Source: Podarcis pityusensis (lineage: Eukaryota). Taken from it: a stretch of DNA of 64,000 nt. The DNA lies in NCBI GenBank assembly GCA_964106645.2, contig OZ067038.1. One strand, written 5' to 3'. The position numbers and the translations under genes are program-made. The notes under the pieces were generated by a model. That model had not been told where the DNA came from. It made no database searches and worked only from the letters and a program-made list of their open reading frames with translations. Shown here piece by piece: positions 39,043 to 50,836 of the stretch; position 1 is the first letter of the stretch, and each line of letters opens with the position of its first letter.

Positions 39043-40023
39043 ATTTATTTATAATAAAAGGTACACCCTCCTACTTTTATTTTCTAAGGGAGATGTCCAA
39101 AGTGGCCACCATCATTTCAAATAAAACAATTAAGAAACAAGGTTTCATCCTCACTTGTCAAACCATTGGTCTAGTTTGCGCAAACCACAAACCATAGTTT
39201 AGTGTTAGGTTCTTGAGTTTCCCCCTCTGCTCTTCCAGCACAACTGTACTTATAGTGTTAGTTGTGGTTCATCCAAACAAGCAAGTAGGATCACACAGTC
39301 TAGTAAATGGGACCGAGAAGTAATGCAAAATAATTCACAATTTCAAACAATATGGTTCAAGTTATTTCTTCATGTTTCTCTTATTTCTGAGTGAACACAT
39401 TGAAAACATATTTGTCATCTTAGAACAGATGGATCTAATTTTGTGACATCACAGCTATGTCATAAAGTGGGAATCATTGGGCAGGCACTTATGATGCAAT
39501 ATGCAGGGGATTATGACATCACTAAGCGAATGAGTTTCAGGAAAACCCAGCACTTGGGAATTCTGGAGAACTTATCTTCAGGCAAATTCTTGTTATAGTG
39601 AATAATGAATGAGAGAGATGCAAGGTGCATCTCTCAGACAGATTATTGTCTGGACAAGCTTTTCATGGAATGTTATTTCACAAAACATTCTGCTTACCAG
39701 GTCTCTCTTATACGTAGCCCCTCTTATCCACAGCATGGATGCAAAGTTATTATTATTACATGATCTAGTTGCTGAATTGGGCTACTTAAGTGTTGCAGTT
39801 GTACACTTGATGTTCTAAATAGTAATTTTTATTTGGGATTGTGTTTTCACTACTTAAAATTTACCACACTTTTTAAAGGAGCTCTTGGGGAAAATATTTA
39901 GTGTATTGTTCGGATTCATTTCCATCCTTTTCTTCATTTTGGTAAAGAAAAACACTGGCTGCTGTTTCTGTTTGTTTAGGAATTTAAGAAACCCGTGTTC
40001 ACTTGCTGTTGTTTCCCTTTCAG

Positions 40024-40122
40024 ACCATCAAGCCCCAAGCGGAAACAGAGGAGAAGCCAACAGAGATTCATACAGTTGCTCCTCCTGCACCACCCAAACC
40101 AAAACGAGAAGAAAACCCACAG
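40024..40122 (+). CDS. PHF21A: PHF21A coding exon TIKPQAETEEKPTE...PKPKREENPQ (99 nt)
   Basis: ccctttcag|ACC acceptor; CAG|gtacta donor. Confidence 0.95.
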
Positions 40123-40797
40123 GTACTAGTACAAATATCTACAATATCCTTTTGTGGGGTTGGGCAGATTAAAAAAAAAAATTCTTTAGAAATGCTTTTT
40201 TCCATTTACATTTTAATGCCACTTTTCCTCTTAAAAGAGATTCACATTCTTCACAGTGTTATTGCTGCTATGAAGAGGTCTATATGTCTGAGGAATGCTA
40301 AATCTAGCCACAAATTCCTGTTCACCAAATATTTTCAGGGCTGGAAGAAAGAATGCAAAAGCTCCTGACTTTATGATAATGATGCTTGTATGTAGCACCT
40401 AAGGGTGTTCAAAGTGCTTCATGTTTTCTTAGTAATTTTTGCAATAACCCTGTAATTGAGGCCCTATATTCCAGAAAGGAGGCTGAAAGAATCTAGCCTT
40501 GCTTTAAGTTCTTGTCTAAGGTAAGGCTTGAACAGTGGCTTTTCCAGCTCGCTCTACTGTGCTATATACATAGAAATCCCAAATTATCCTTAGCTCTTTT
40601 GAGTGTTCAGATTTCATCACGCACGGCAACTTCTCCAATCCCACATGCACATTTTAAACATGTTTCGGTTGGCCTTGTTTGACTAAGGAAATGTTGTATT
40701 CGCTGGCGCCTTGACTGCCCCTCCCCTTTGCAAAGGTAGCATGGGGGCTTAAGGATGTCCCAAGAGATTTTGTGCAAGGATGCCCAATACACTCATC

Positions 40798-40799
<2 letters not shown>

Positions 40800-40835
<36 letters not shown>
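40800..40835. repeat. (AC)n microsatellite
   Basis: direct. Confidence 0.95.
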
Positions 40836-40837
<2 letters not shown>

Positions 40838-41379
40838 CTTTCCTGAAAGCTGAGAGTGTCCTGACACCTCGGCTTGAAGGTGCTCCAAGTGTCTCCAGCC
40901 CACCCTTCCCAGGCCTTTCGTGATGCTGCCCCCTTTCATAACCTTTCCTGTTATGAAACACCAAAGACGAAAATATACCCTGTGAAAAATCTCATAATTA
41001 TGGTTTGTATAACAAATAATAAGACCCATTCACATAGTAGATCTATTGGACTGGTACATGTTTTAATACCTATACAAATTTAACAATAAAGCTACAGCTT
41101 GCTGGTAACCATCCATTTCAACAAATAGGGTTTTTGTTTAATCAAGCTCCTGAACATTTGCATCATGTAAGTTTGAAAATAACACATTATAAATAATATA
41201 AATGCCTGTGGATTTATTTTGTTTTCTGTGGAACAATGACACATTTAAGTGAGTGTGTGAAGGTTCCCCCAGCTGTTAGAAAAGAGAGATTGGGTGAGTT
41301 TATTCTTTCCTTGGGTGAGTGGAGTTATAATAGCATTTCAGACAGCTTGTTTTCTATGAATACCTGCAACTCAGAAAAA

Positions 41380-41507
41380 TACTTCTGATGAAATGGACTG
41401 TAGTCCACAGAAGCTTCTACCATAATAGATTTGTGAGTCTTCAATGTGCCACAATTCTTTCTTTTCTTTTCTTTTTGTTGCAAGAGGCTAACATAGCTAT
41501 CACCCTG
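41380..41507 (+). mobile_element. Older Penelope-like fragment with a decayed hammerhead motif
   Basis: CTGATGA-A-ATGGACT-GT-AGTCCAC-AGAAGCTT, then gtcttcaatgtgccaca...ctaacatagcta tail. Confidence 0.6.
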
Positions 41508-43099
41508 CAAATCTTTCAGAAAGCGCAAGTTAAGAAACCTGGATTCTGGCAGCTTGAGCAATACACAAAATCAACTGGAACTAGTGAATCTCCCTTAGGG
41601 CCCATTTAGACAATAGTCTACCATCAAAATTCTGATTTTTTTTTTAAGGGGGATATCTTGGTTTCCCTCTCTGCACAGGGAGAATATATTAAATGAGCCA
41701 AGAGAGTTCACTTTTTACTAATTTACTTAGTATTGTCAGAATCTGAAATACTTTTTTGCTCCACTGTGGCTGTCCTTTTGCAGTCCATGTGATTCATATA
41801 CAGAGAAAGGGAATGAGGCCAAACATTGCCACACAGGTCTAGTCTCTTGAATTCTAAAACATGGTTCATGGAGTTAAGAAATCATAGATTGCAAATACTT
41901 GACCTGAACAGTTGTGCTAGATGAGATGAAAGTGAACTACTGCTTTTTGAATCTCACGGTTCTCATGCCCTAAAACTTTTTATAGCAGTCTAAGAATAGC
42001 ATAACTTGGCTGTCTCTTTAAAATAGATACATACAGCTGTGATGTTCTGAGCAAACAGCTTATGCAGCAATCATCTGGACAGTTCAGAAATCCCTGCTTG
42101 TGCTGGAAGGCTTCCATGTTTTCAGGTTTTGAGTAATCTCCAGTTAGATAACTATGGCTTTCATAATTCAAATCACACTATGTTCTGTTTTCATTTTCAT
42201 AAAGTATAATGTTATTTATTATTTTATTCATTTATACATTGCTTGATTGTAAAAACAAACAAACCTCAATGCAATTTACAAAATGATAAACCATAAAATC
42301 ATGAGAATTTTACAATATATCTGATACACATGCAAGTTTATACAGGGATTTTTTTTAATTTTTCAAATTAGTTTTGAATGGACAGCAAAGGCCTAGGGAG
42401 CAGCTGAACTGTTAGGTGCAGAGTTGGGGGCTATTTGTAAATAGTGGTCAGAGGAAGCTGAAATGCAGAGAAGTACAGACAGTGTATCTAATTAGCAGTG
42501 GTAATTCACAAAGCAGTTGTTGGTAATACAGACATCCTAGCATAGTTATGCTAATTATCTTACTCAGTATGCTAACAAATATTTCGTCTTAGGTCAGTCC
42601 ACAAGCGATAGCAATGTGCTTGATGTATTGTAATTCAGCAGTTACAGGTGCAGCTGGTTTTAAATTGGTGTTTCTCTGCAGCAACACTTGTGTCTGCATC
42701 TTTTAACTAACAAGTCCCTGCTTCTGGGAGCCCTGGCCTAGTCAGGCTTTAGGAATCACCTGTATGCATCTATGTTGTCCAGCCTTTATGAGGCTGCTGT
42801 AGAAAAAACTAGTGTACCTGCTGCATAAAGATTTCTGTGTAAAGTGTGGAGCTGCCTTCAGTCTCATAGATCCACAGAGATGAGCTTGCCAACCCTCCTC
42901 TTTGAACTAAGGGATATGCAAGTTGTATAAAGATACATAGTGCTGTTATTTGCTTCATTTTATGAAGTGCCATTTGAGATATACAGGTGATGCTCAGTGA
43001 AAATTGTATCACTTTTTTAAAGCTACTATTTCACCTTAAAAGAAGTTTAGTTCCTCTCTTAATTTGATTGAATTGTTTTCTTCTTCTTTTCTGATACAG

Positions 43100-43151
43100 A
43101 AACTTGCCTTCATGGTGTCTCTTGGACTGGTTACACATGACCATCTAGAAG
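43100..43151 (+). CDS. PHF21A: PHF21A coding exon KLAFMVSLGLVTHDHLE(E) (52 nt, phase 0/1)
   Basis: gatacag|AAA acceptor; GAAG|gtaaga donor. Confidence 0.96.
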
Positions 43152-43334
43152 GTAAGAAAAATGACTATGGCTGCAATCTTTGCACACTATCAAGGAAAAA
43201 GTTTATTTAACTTAATGGTGCTTACTTCCAAGTAAATAAGTTTAGGATTGAGCTGCATAAATTCCAGAGCTCTGGAATTAATGTACAAGTTTCAAATATT
43301 TCTGCTTAGAGTGCATACTTTCCCATGTATTAAA

Positions 43335-43612
43335 GTAAAAGATCCATCGCATCCTGGTCACTGTCTCTTCAAGCTCTTGCCGTCGGGACGGAGATACAGG
43401 ACGATGAAGACAAGAACGAGCCGTCTTAAGAACAGCTTCTTCTCCAGAGCGATCTCGGCCCTGAATGGGAAGCCCGGACTTTGAAAGTCATCTAATCTCC
43501 CTTGCTGTATTATACTGTTTTGATTAATTAGTGTTTTTATGGAGCAGTCAAGTAATTTTGTTGTCCCCGAAGGGGGCAATGACAATAAAGATATTATTAT
43601 TATTATTATTAT
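43335..43612 (+). mobile_element. Rex1/Babar-type LINE 3' end (ORF C-terminus, 3' UTR, (TAT)n tail)
   Basis: Peptide DPSHPGHCLFKLLPSGRRYRTMKTRTSRLKNSFFSRAISALN is the characteristic post-RT C-terminus; stem-loop plus aatgacaataaa and TAT repeats. Confidence 0.85.
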
Positions 43613-44757
43613 TAAACTATCAATTTTAAAAAGTGAAATATTTTCTGTTCAAGGTTCTGGGTTGTTTCCTGGAGTTGAAAAAATGACCAAATAGGATGAT
43701 GATCCTAAATGCTAGTCTGATTTTTAGGTTTCTGACTAGGAGATCTAAGGCCACAAATATGGTTTCTTCAATAGCAGAACCACCACAGTACTATTTTTCA
43801 AATAACTTAATTTCCTTTATCAATTAATTAGCACATTGTTTAAACTGAGGGAAATTATTCTGACTGGCAGGCTGGATCCTAGGTTCCCTCAACCCTGGCA
43901 GCAACTCTGCCAATCAGCTGGTCTCACTATGAAGTCAGGTGACTAATTTTTCATTTCTGTGCAACAAAGCGTGCTGCAAAAGAAAACATGAGGCTTGAAG
44001 TTTTACCCATCAGCTGAAAGGCAGTGACCCCAAGTCTCTTTTCTGTAAGGATCAGCTGTGTTGCCAATTCAGTGGGCAGTGACATCAAGCCTACTTTGTG
44101 CAGAGATATCATCTGCACAGCGGATCCATCAGCCCACTGCAGTTCCATCTGCTCCACTTTGAACAACAGGGAGCATGCTTTAAGCTCTCAATTGTGCTTT
44201 CGCAGCCACATCTCTACCTGCCCCACACCTGTTGTCACATATAAAGTCAGGTGTGGGGCACATGGGTGTGGTTTGGGGAAAGCAGCCTCCCATGGCCTGG
44301 AGATTCCTCACCCCTGGGTTAAATATATTTAAATGGTTTTGTACCTTAAAAAAAGTTTGCAATATTTTGATATGAAGTTGTTGTAATCCACCTTTGGCTC
44401 ATTGCATTGAGAAATACTGGGATATAAGTCAAGCAAATAAATCAGTCTTCAAACAATTCCCTGCTTCTGGCAGAAATAAGTTGCCAACAACAAATTTTGT
44501 GTGGCACAGAATGTGGAAGATAAAAATATCAGCTGAGAGGTTTTGGAAGAGCAGGAAACGCTTTCTTAAGCTAATTTACTTTCTTTTACTTAACTTTCCA
44601 CTTTACTTTCAACCCATTTATATAATATGGATGTTTCTTCAGAATTAAGTTTGCAAAGAGCATTTCAGAAGCCATAGTTCCTGACTCCTAACTTGCTCAT
44701 ACTAGATATTGAGGTCTTTGAGCCCTAAAATGCTTTTATTTCTACCCTTTCCCCAAG

Positions 44758-44837
44758 AAATACAAAGTAAGCGACAAGAAAGGAAACGAAGGACAACAGC
44801 AAATCCAGTGTACAGCGGAGCTGTCTTTGAGCCTGAG
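44758..44837 (+). CDS. PHF21A: PHF21A coding exon (E)[26 protein letters not shown] (80 nt, phase 1/0)
   Basis: ccccaag|AA acceptor (AAG type); GAG|gtaaca donor. Confidence 0.95.
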
Positions 44838-45310
44838 GTAACAATTTTTGCTTATAAAATAAGTAAATAACTTGCTGAAAAGCATTTTGCTCATTGCTTC
44901 AGCCTTCTAGGTGTATGAAAACAATCACATTCGAAGCTAGACAGTGGGGCTGTCATCACTTAAGAGAGCATGAAGGACAGTTATAAATGGAAAGAAGTTT
45001 CCTACTTTATACTTTCTTTCCCTTATATCTTCCCTCCTCCTCCTCCTTCTCTGGCATGATTCCAGACTTGGCATGATTCCAGACTTGGCCGTATTTCTCT
45101 CATCACAAGTGGGATCAGCATTGCCCGTAACTGTGTGAAAGACTAGCTTTTCTACAGTGTAGTATCCAAACACTGAAACGATAATGGACATAATCTGAAG
45201 AAAGTTAAACCTACATTTGATTCTTACTGAAATTTATGGATTTAAGTGCAAAAGCCTGTTTGCTTCAATGGGACTCAACACTTGTGTTCTTACAGATTTT
45301 TTATATAGTC

Positions 45311-45312
<2 letters not shown>

Positions 45313-45345
<33 letters not shown>
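45313..45345 (+). repeat. (TG)16 microsatellite upstream of a splice acceptor
   Basis: direct. Confidence 0.95.
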
Positions 45346-45349
<4 letters not shown>

Positions 45350-45402
45350 GTAGCTTTCACTTGCCAAAACAGTTGACTACTTTCTTCCTTTCTTCTGTAA
45401 AG

Positions 45403-45463
45403 CGCAAGAAGAGCGCAGTCACATACCTGAACAGCACAATGCATCCTGGGACACGTAAACGAG
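45403..45463 (+). CDS. PHF21A: PHF21A coding exon [20 protein letters not shown](G/A) (61 nt, phase 0/1)
   Basis: tgtaaag|CGC acceptor (AAG type); CGAG|gtaggt donor; carries the first half of the AT-hook. Confidence 0.95.
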
Positions 45464-48291
45464 GTAGGTGTCTCATAATAGCACCTCCCTGTATGTTTAT
45501 TTCCCTTTCTTTTGGACTGAAATAAAACAATATAGAAAATAGTTTTGTGGTACTGAATACACATCGTAGGTATGCTGTAACCCTGGTAGGCAGCTACTCT
45601 ACAGAAGCATCTTTGGTTGGTAGGCTTTGAGGGTAATCTGGAATGAATAAGGATATAAATGGGAGAATTTCCTGTGTGTAAACTTGGCCCAGTAAAGATT
45701 CCCAACCCAGATTAGTAAATGTAACCTGTCATGCAGACTAGAAGGGGGGTGCCAAAGTGGTAACTGAGCTCCCATTCTGAGACTCTTCCTGTGTAGTGAC
45801 TAAGTGCGTTTGGTCCTATGTTAGGACTCACTGTTTATGAAATTATTTATTGTGCTGTTAAGAACATGTTCAGGTTTCTTTGAAAGGCGAGTTACTTGAT
45901 ATTTGATGAAATCGTGTGGCAACCATGGTACTCTTAAAATTATTACAGGGATGCTTGCAAAATTCTTCCCACCCAATTTTCTCCTTAGATTTCAAGGTTC
46001 TGAATTCTTGATCTTGCTTGTGGAATGGCACCAGTAATCTGCCATTTTTCCATTTTTAACATACAGGCTTTGTTTAGACTGCTACACATGCAGTTCGCTA
46101 GTTTTCCATTTGCATACTCCCCCCCCCCCCCACACACTTTACAGGTTACTAACCCATGCCAGCAAAGGCGGACATTGATTAAAATACTAACGAAAAAGGC
46201 AGTAGTAACATGGTCATATCTATTCATGTGCCCTAGTGTGTATCTGTAAACTGTTAAGGGTTAGGAGTAATGTTGCAAATGGAAAACTCTGGCAAACTGC
46301 ACATAAGCCCTGAGATGTATTTTAGAAATTGTCCATGTAAAACTGTAAGGCAGGTAAAGCAGAGCATGGGACAGCCAATCCATGGAACAAGAAAAGAACT
46401 TGGGATATCTATTTTATTCCTTGATCTAAACTGTGCTGCTTCCACTGTGAACAATATATCTAGTATTAAAGGAAAGAGAGCCCAGTTGAAATTGAGATGG
46501 TGTGAACTGTGGAAGGTTTGCTCAAAAACACTTTTCCTTGAGGAGGGAAGGTTTCTGCATTCTCCCTGCATCTTGAACCTTTAAGTGTTGTTTGGCCTCC
46601 AAGAAGCAGATGATGCACAGTTTTTGAAGTTTTGAGATGAAGCCCTCTGCTTCAGTAGGTTGTGACAGCTATCGACATGGTTGAGTTCAAGAGAGGTTAA
46701 GTTAATTCCTAATGCTTTGGGTGACCCTAAGATCAACAGAGAATGTATGTTGATGGCCAGAAATCAGAAAGGTACTATATCATCAATGCTTGTTGTTGCT
46801 AATACATCACCAAGCATGTCTGTTTTGTGTCTGAGACAAGTTACTACTGATCTGCTCTCGTGTAGTGGTTGCTGTGTTCTTAGAGCCAGCCAATTGTACA
46901 GTAGAACTAAGCTTGGCTTTGAGATTAATTTATTTTGACTCTGTTCAGTGCTAAATATCATGAGTGAGCACTGAATGCCCTTTCTGTAATGCTTTCTAAT
47001 GTTTCCTCTGCTCCTGGGCCTCTTGTTTCAAAAACAAATGGCCAGGTCAGAGGACGTAAGTTGTATAATACTTGATATTTCAAATGTTAAAAGATATATG
47101 CACTATGTACCTAGTAGGATGAGTGTGTTCATGCACATGAGTGTTTGGGTGAGTTTTTAGGTAGCTGAGCAGTTTCAGTAGAGTGCATTTGTCTCTTCCT
47201 GTTTAGCCCACTGATTTGAATTTGCTTAAAATGATAGTGCCTGATATTATTATTATTACTAGTCTTTGGCAGCTTTTGGCATTTTGAAAATAAGGTGATG
47301 GTCTCATTGCAGTTTACATTGAGCAGGCTTTACTTTCCCCAAAAATTGCTGCCATAACTGCTCAGTTCAGCTATTAGTGCATTTCCCCAGGAGATCAGAT
47401 GTTCAGAGGAGCCCTTCTTTCCTTGCATAATTTGTTTCTCACCTGAAGCAAAATTGGATGTACTGGGTTTTTTGGCACTGATGTTGGCTTTCTGTCCCTC
47501 AACACACAGAGGGCATTGGCCTTCAGTGCCACTTTCCATCAGAGTTGTTAGGTGCCATTTACTGAAGATAATGATTACTATGCATGTTTAATTTGATCTT
47601 CCTGCCTCTTTTCTCAGTCTCTAGCTTCACTTATTGACTGCTTAAATATCTTTATATATATATATATATTCCTCTCTGAGCATATGCCTCTCATCAATCA
47701 TCAGAGTAGTGGTAATGCAAAAGACAAAGATTGGTGTCTCCTACAGTGTTGTGATTTCACTTGGAATAATAGCACACTTTATCGTGAGTTATATCTTCTA
47801 CAGTCAGCAGGATAGGATTTTAACAACTCTTCATACTTGCAGATTTGCTTTGTTGAGGCTTTCTCCCACCTAGGCTACCATGCAGCTCCTTTTGCTGAGA
47901 GAGATCTCATGGGGTTGCAGGCCGTAATTTTCTCTGGCATTTGTGGAATGTTGTGAGTTTTTCTTAGCACAAAGGTGGTATTTAGATGTAGGTTTCACCT
48001 TAGGCTCACTGAGGGTGATTTACCAATGGTCATAACAATGTGATGGAGATACCATGATAAATTAGAGTGGTAGAAATCATGGCAGCTTTTCTTTGCCAGT
48101 GGAATTTGGGGGTGGTAAGTTAAAAGTTAAAGACATTAGTGTGGTTATAGAGATATATTGGGAGTAGCACTCTTTCTGAAGGCATGTGTTTTCTCTCTTG
48201 TGATACCATCCTTCCTTACACAATTCTCCTTTAAGTGTCTTAAAAATAACTTTACAGTCCTGACTTGGCTTTCTTTCACTCGTGACTATAA

Positions 48292-48298
48292 TACTAAC
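48292..48298 (+). promoter_or_regulatory. Perfect-consensus branch point TACTAAC upstream of the 23-nt microexon
   Basis: TACTAAC followed by an AG-free pyrimidine tract up to the acceptor at 48337-48338. Confidence 0.75.
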
Positions 48299-48338
48299 TT
48301 CTTCTCTGTACTACATCACTTCCTTTTTTTCATGCTAG

Positions 48339-48361
48339 CCAATGAGGAGCACTGGCCAAAG
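48339..48361 (+). CDS. PHF21A: Alternative 23-nt microexon (A)NEEHWPK, neuronal PHF21A isoform, phase 1/0
   Basis: catgctag|CCAATGAGGAGCACTGGCCAAAG|gtatgt; yields ...TRKR-ANEEHWPK-GDIHEDF as in the short mammalian isoform. Confidence 0.92.
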
Positions 48362-48413
48362 GTATGTAAGATTATTTCCCCTCCCCTTTTTGTTCCCTTT
48401 TGTTAATGTGTAG

Positions 48414-48577
48414 GTCGTCCACCTAAATACAACACGGTGCTGGGGTTTGGGGCTCTGACCCCCACATCCCCTCTGTCCAGTCATCCTGACTCCCCTGAAA
48501 ATGAAAAGACAGAGACCACATTTTCTTTCCCCGCAACTGTTCATCCTGTGTCCCTGCCCAGCCCCAGCTCCACAGAC
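48414..48577 (+). CDS. PHF21A: PHF21A canonical AT-hook exon (G)[19 protein letters not shown]...PSPSSTD (164 nt, phase 1/0)
   Basis: gtgtag|GTCGTCCA acceptor; GAC|gtaagt donor; completes the RKRGRPPK AT-hook. Confidence 0.96.
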
Positions 48578-49998
48578 GTAAGTAATTCTTCCTGAGAGGT
48601 TTGCTGTTTGAAGAGACCGTGGAGACTTCAGAATTTGGTTCTTTAGATGCACTGGTATTATGGTAAACTGCAATAATATGACCCCCTTCTTCAGCCCCCT
48701 ACACTTCTACTTGTACCTATTCAACCCCCCCCCCCCAAACTATGGAGTAGTATATATATATCTATATGATATCCACAGGACATGCCAGAATGTTCATATC
48801 CTAGAATTGTAGAGCTAGAAGGGGAAATATTTCAAAGTTCTATAAGCCCTTCCCAGATGCACAGTGATGCAGTGAATTAAAGACAGTGCATATGTGATAT
48901 ATTTCAGCAATCCAGTGGCAGGAGGAGAACAGATCCTGTCACACAGAAGCCTTAGGAACAATTACATATTATTACTGAATCAATAAAGTAAGGAGAAATT
49001 CTTGCTCAAGATAGTTGGACACAGCGTTAGTGGAGTCAGAGTGAGTGCCTTCACTGACACCTGGCAGTTGCTTCTCGTTTATGGATTCTGCATACCTATA
49101 TGGGGGAAAGTTTTCTTTTCTGTGAAAGTATCCTTCTGGTATGTGAGCCCAGTTGCCTATTCTGCCAGTTTAGCACAGGCTGTGGTTGAATTAAAGTTGA
49201 TCTAACCCATAGCTTGATCTGCAGCACTGTCTGTTTTTGGAGAGTGTGGGTGGTATTTTTTTATTACTCAGAAGGGAGGTAAATCCATCCTTCTCATGAT
49301 AGGTGGGTTCGAATTGGAAGTTCTGGACTCACAACCTTGGTCAAGTCTCATCACTTCTCTGTACCTTCGTTTCCTCATAATAAATAGCTCCATGGTTGTA
49401 AGACCCAACTAATGAACACATTTTACACACAATCAGACTTGCATAACTTTTATGTTCTAGTGGGCTGCACTAGATGTTCCTCCAATCTGTTTTTTATGCT
49501 GCTGAGCTAAGAGCCTCTGCATCTCATTCATGAAATATGCAGCTTGAGGATTGCTCTAACTTACATAACTGTATCTGTAGCCTCATTGTTGAAGCAGCCA
49601 AGAATAGCCAAATCAGGAACACCATCAGTATCTTTTCTGCACTGCTGGGTATTGCAAAAGATAAAATCAACAGGCAGCATTCCTATAGGATGCAAGTTCT
49701 GTGTTAAGAGCCATAGTCATACATTCTCTAGGTATTGTATTATTCATGAAATCTCCCAAACTATCAGAAGGCAGTAGTAAAAATTGATCCAAACAAAGAA
49801 GACTTTCCTGCTGATTTAGCATGGCATGCACACATGCACATGAACACATTCTATTTATAACAGGTTTGACAAAGGTTGCTAGATTCTTAAGCACATTTGT
49901 TTTATAAATAAAGCACTAGGACAGTGAGCTCATTGTCATTCCAGTTGATGTCTGTTGCACATTTTTACATAATGTTCTGAGCTTTCGGTAATGATGTA

Positions 49999-50167
49999 CC
50001 GTATTTTTTGCACCATAACACTCACTTTTTTCCTCCTAGAAAGTAAGGGGAAATGTTTGTGCGTGTTATGGAGGGAATGCCTACGGGTGGCATGCCTACG
50101 GATTTTCCTCCTCTAAAAACTACGTGCGTGTTATGGTCGGGTGCGTGTTATAGAGCGAAAAATACGG
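49999..50167. mobile_element. 169-bp Tc1/mariner MITE related to 23917-24649
   Basis: ta|CCGTATTTTT ... AAAAATACGG|ca; shares the aaggggaaatgt.tgtgcgt subterminal block. Confidence 0.85.
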
Positions 50168-50699
50168 CAATTCTGATTAGCCATCAGCCTTCAAGCCTAG
50201 AGTGTTTTGTTAAATATCCATCCACCAAACATGTACACACATCACATGAATGTATTGCTTCCTCCAGAAATTCACCTCCTATTTCACTTCAGTGGTGTGT
50301 GTTTTTCGGAGAATTTATGGTAAATAGGTCTGTTTTCAGTTGTGTCCCTCCACTCACCGAAGACTCCTTAATCCAACATAGGATTCCTTTAATGGAATGG
50401 GGGCAGGCATTGTTTGCTGATTTCCCCCCATCTCTCTGCAGTCCATAGACCTTCCCTGGTCTGCTCCAAAGGATTGTGGAGGTTGATGGGGCAGGTGGCC
50501 CTCAGAAGATAATGAAAACTGCTTCCCTTCCATTCATGGAAACCTCTGCTAGTGCAGAGTACTGCCCATTAATGGAGAGAGACAACTGAGTACAACCTTC
50601 TGATCTTGTTAGCTTCTGAATATCTTTAACTTCCATAATCAGTTACTCAGATTAAGATGCTCATTAGGTTTCAGCTCCACTTCAACAGGCGCTCTAGGG

Positions 50700-50836
50700 C
50701 TAGGATGTGGGATCTGTGGCCTTCCAGATGTTGCTGTACTCAAACTTTCATTAGTCTTGGTTAGCACAGCCAGAGGTCAGGGGATTTTGTAAATTAGTTC
50801 AGCAGTATTTGGAGAGCTACATGCTCTCCACCCCTG
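50700..50836. mobile_element. hAT-like palindromic MITE
   Basis: 8-bp TSD-like ctctaggg / ttctaggg; tccagatgttgctg ... cagcagtatttgga inverted symmetry. Confidence 0.65.
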
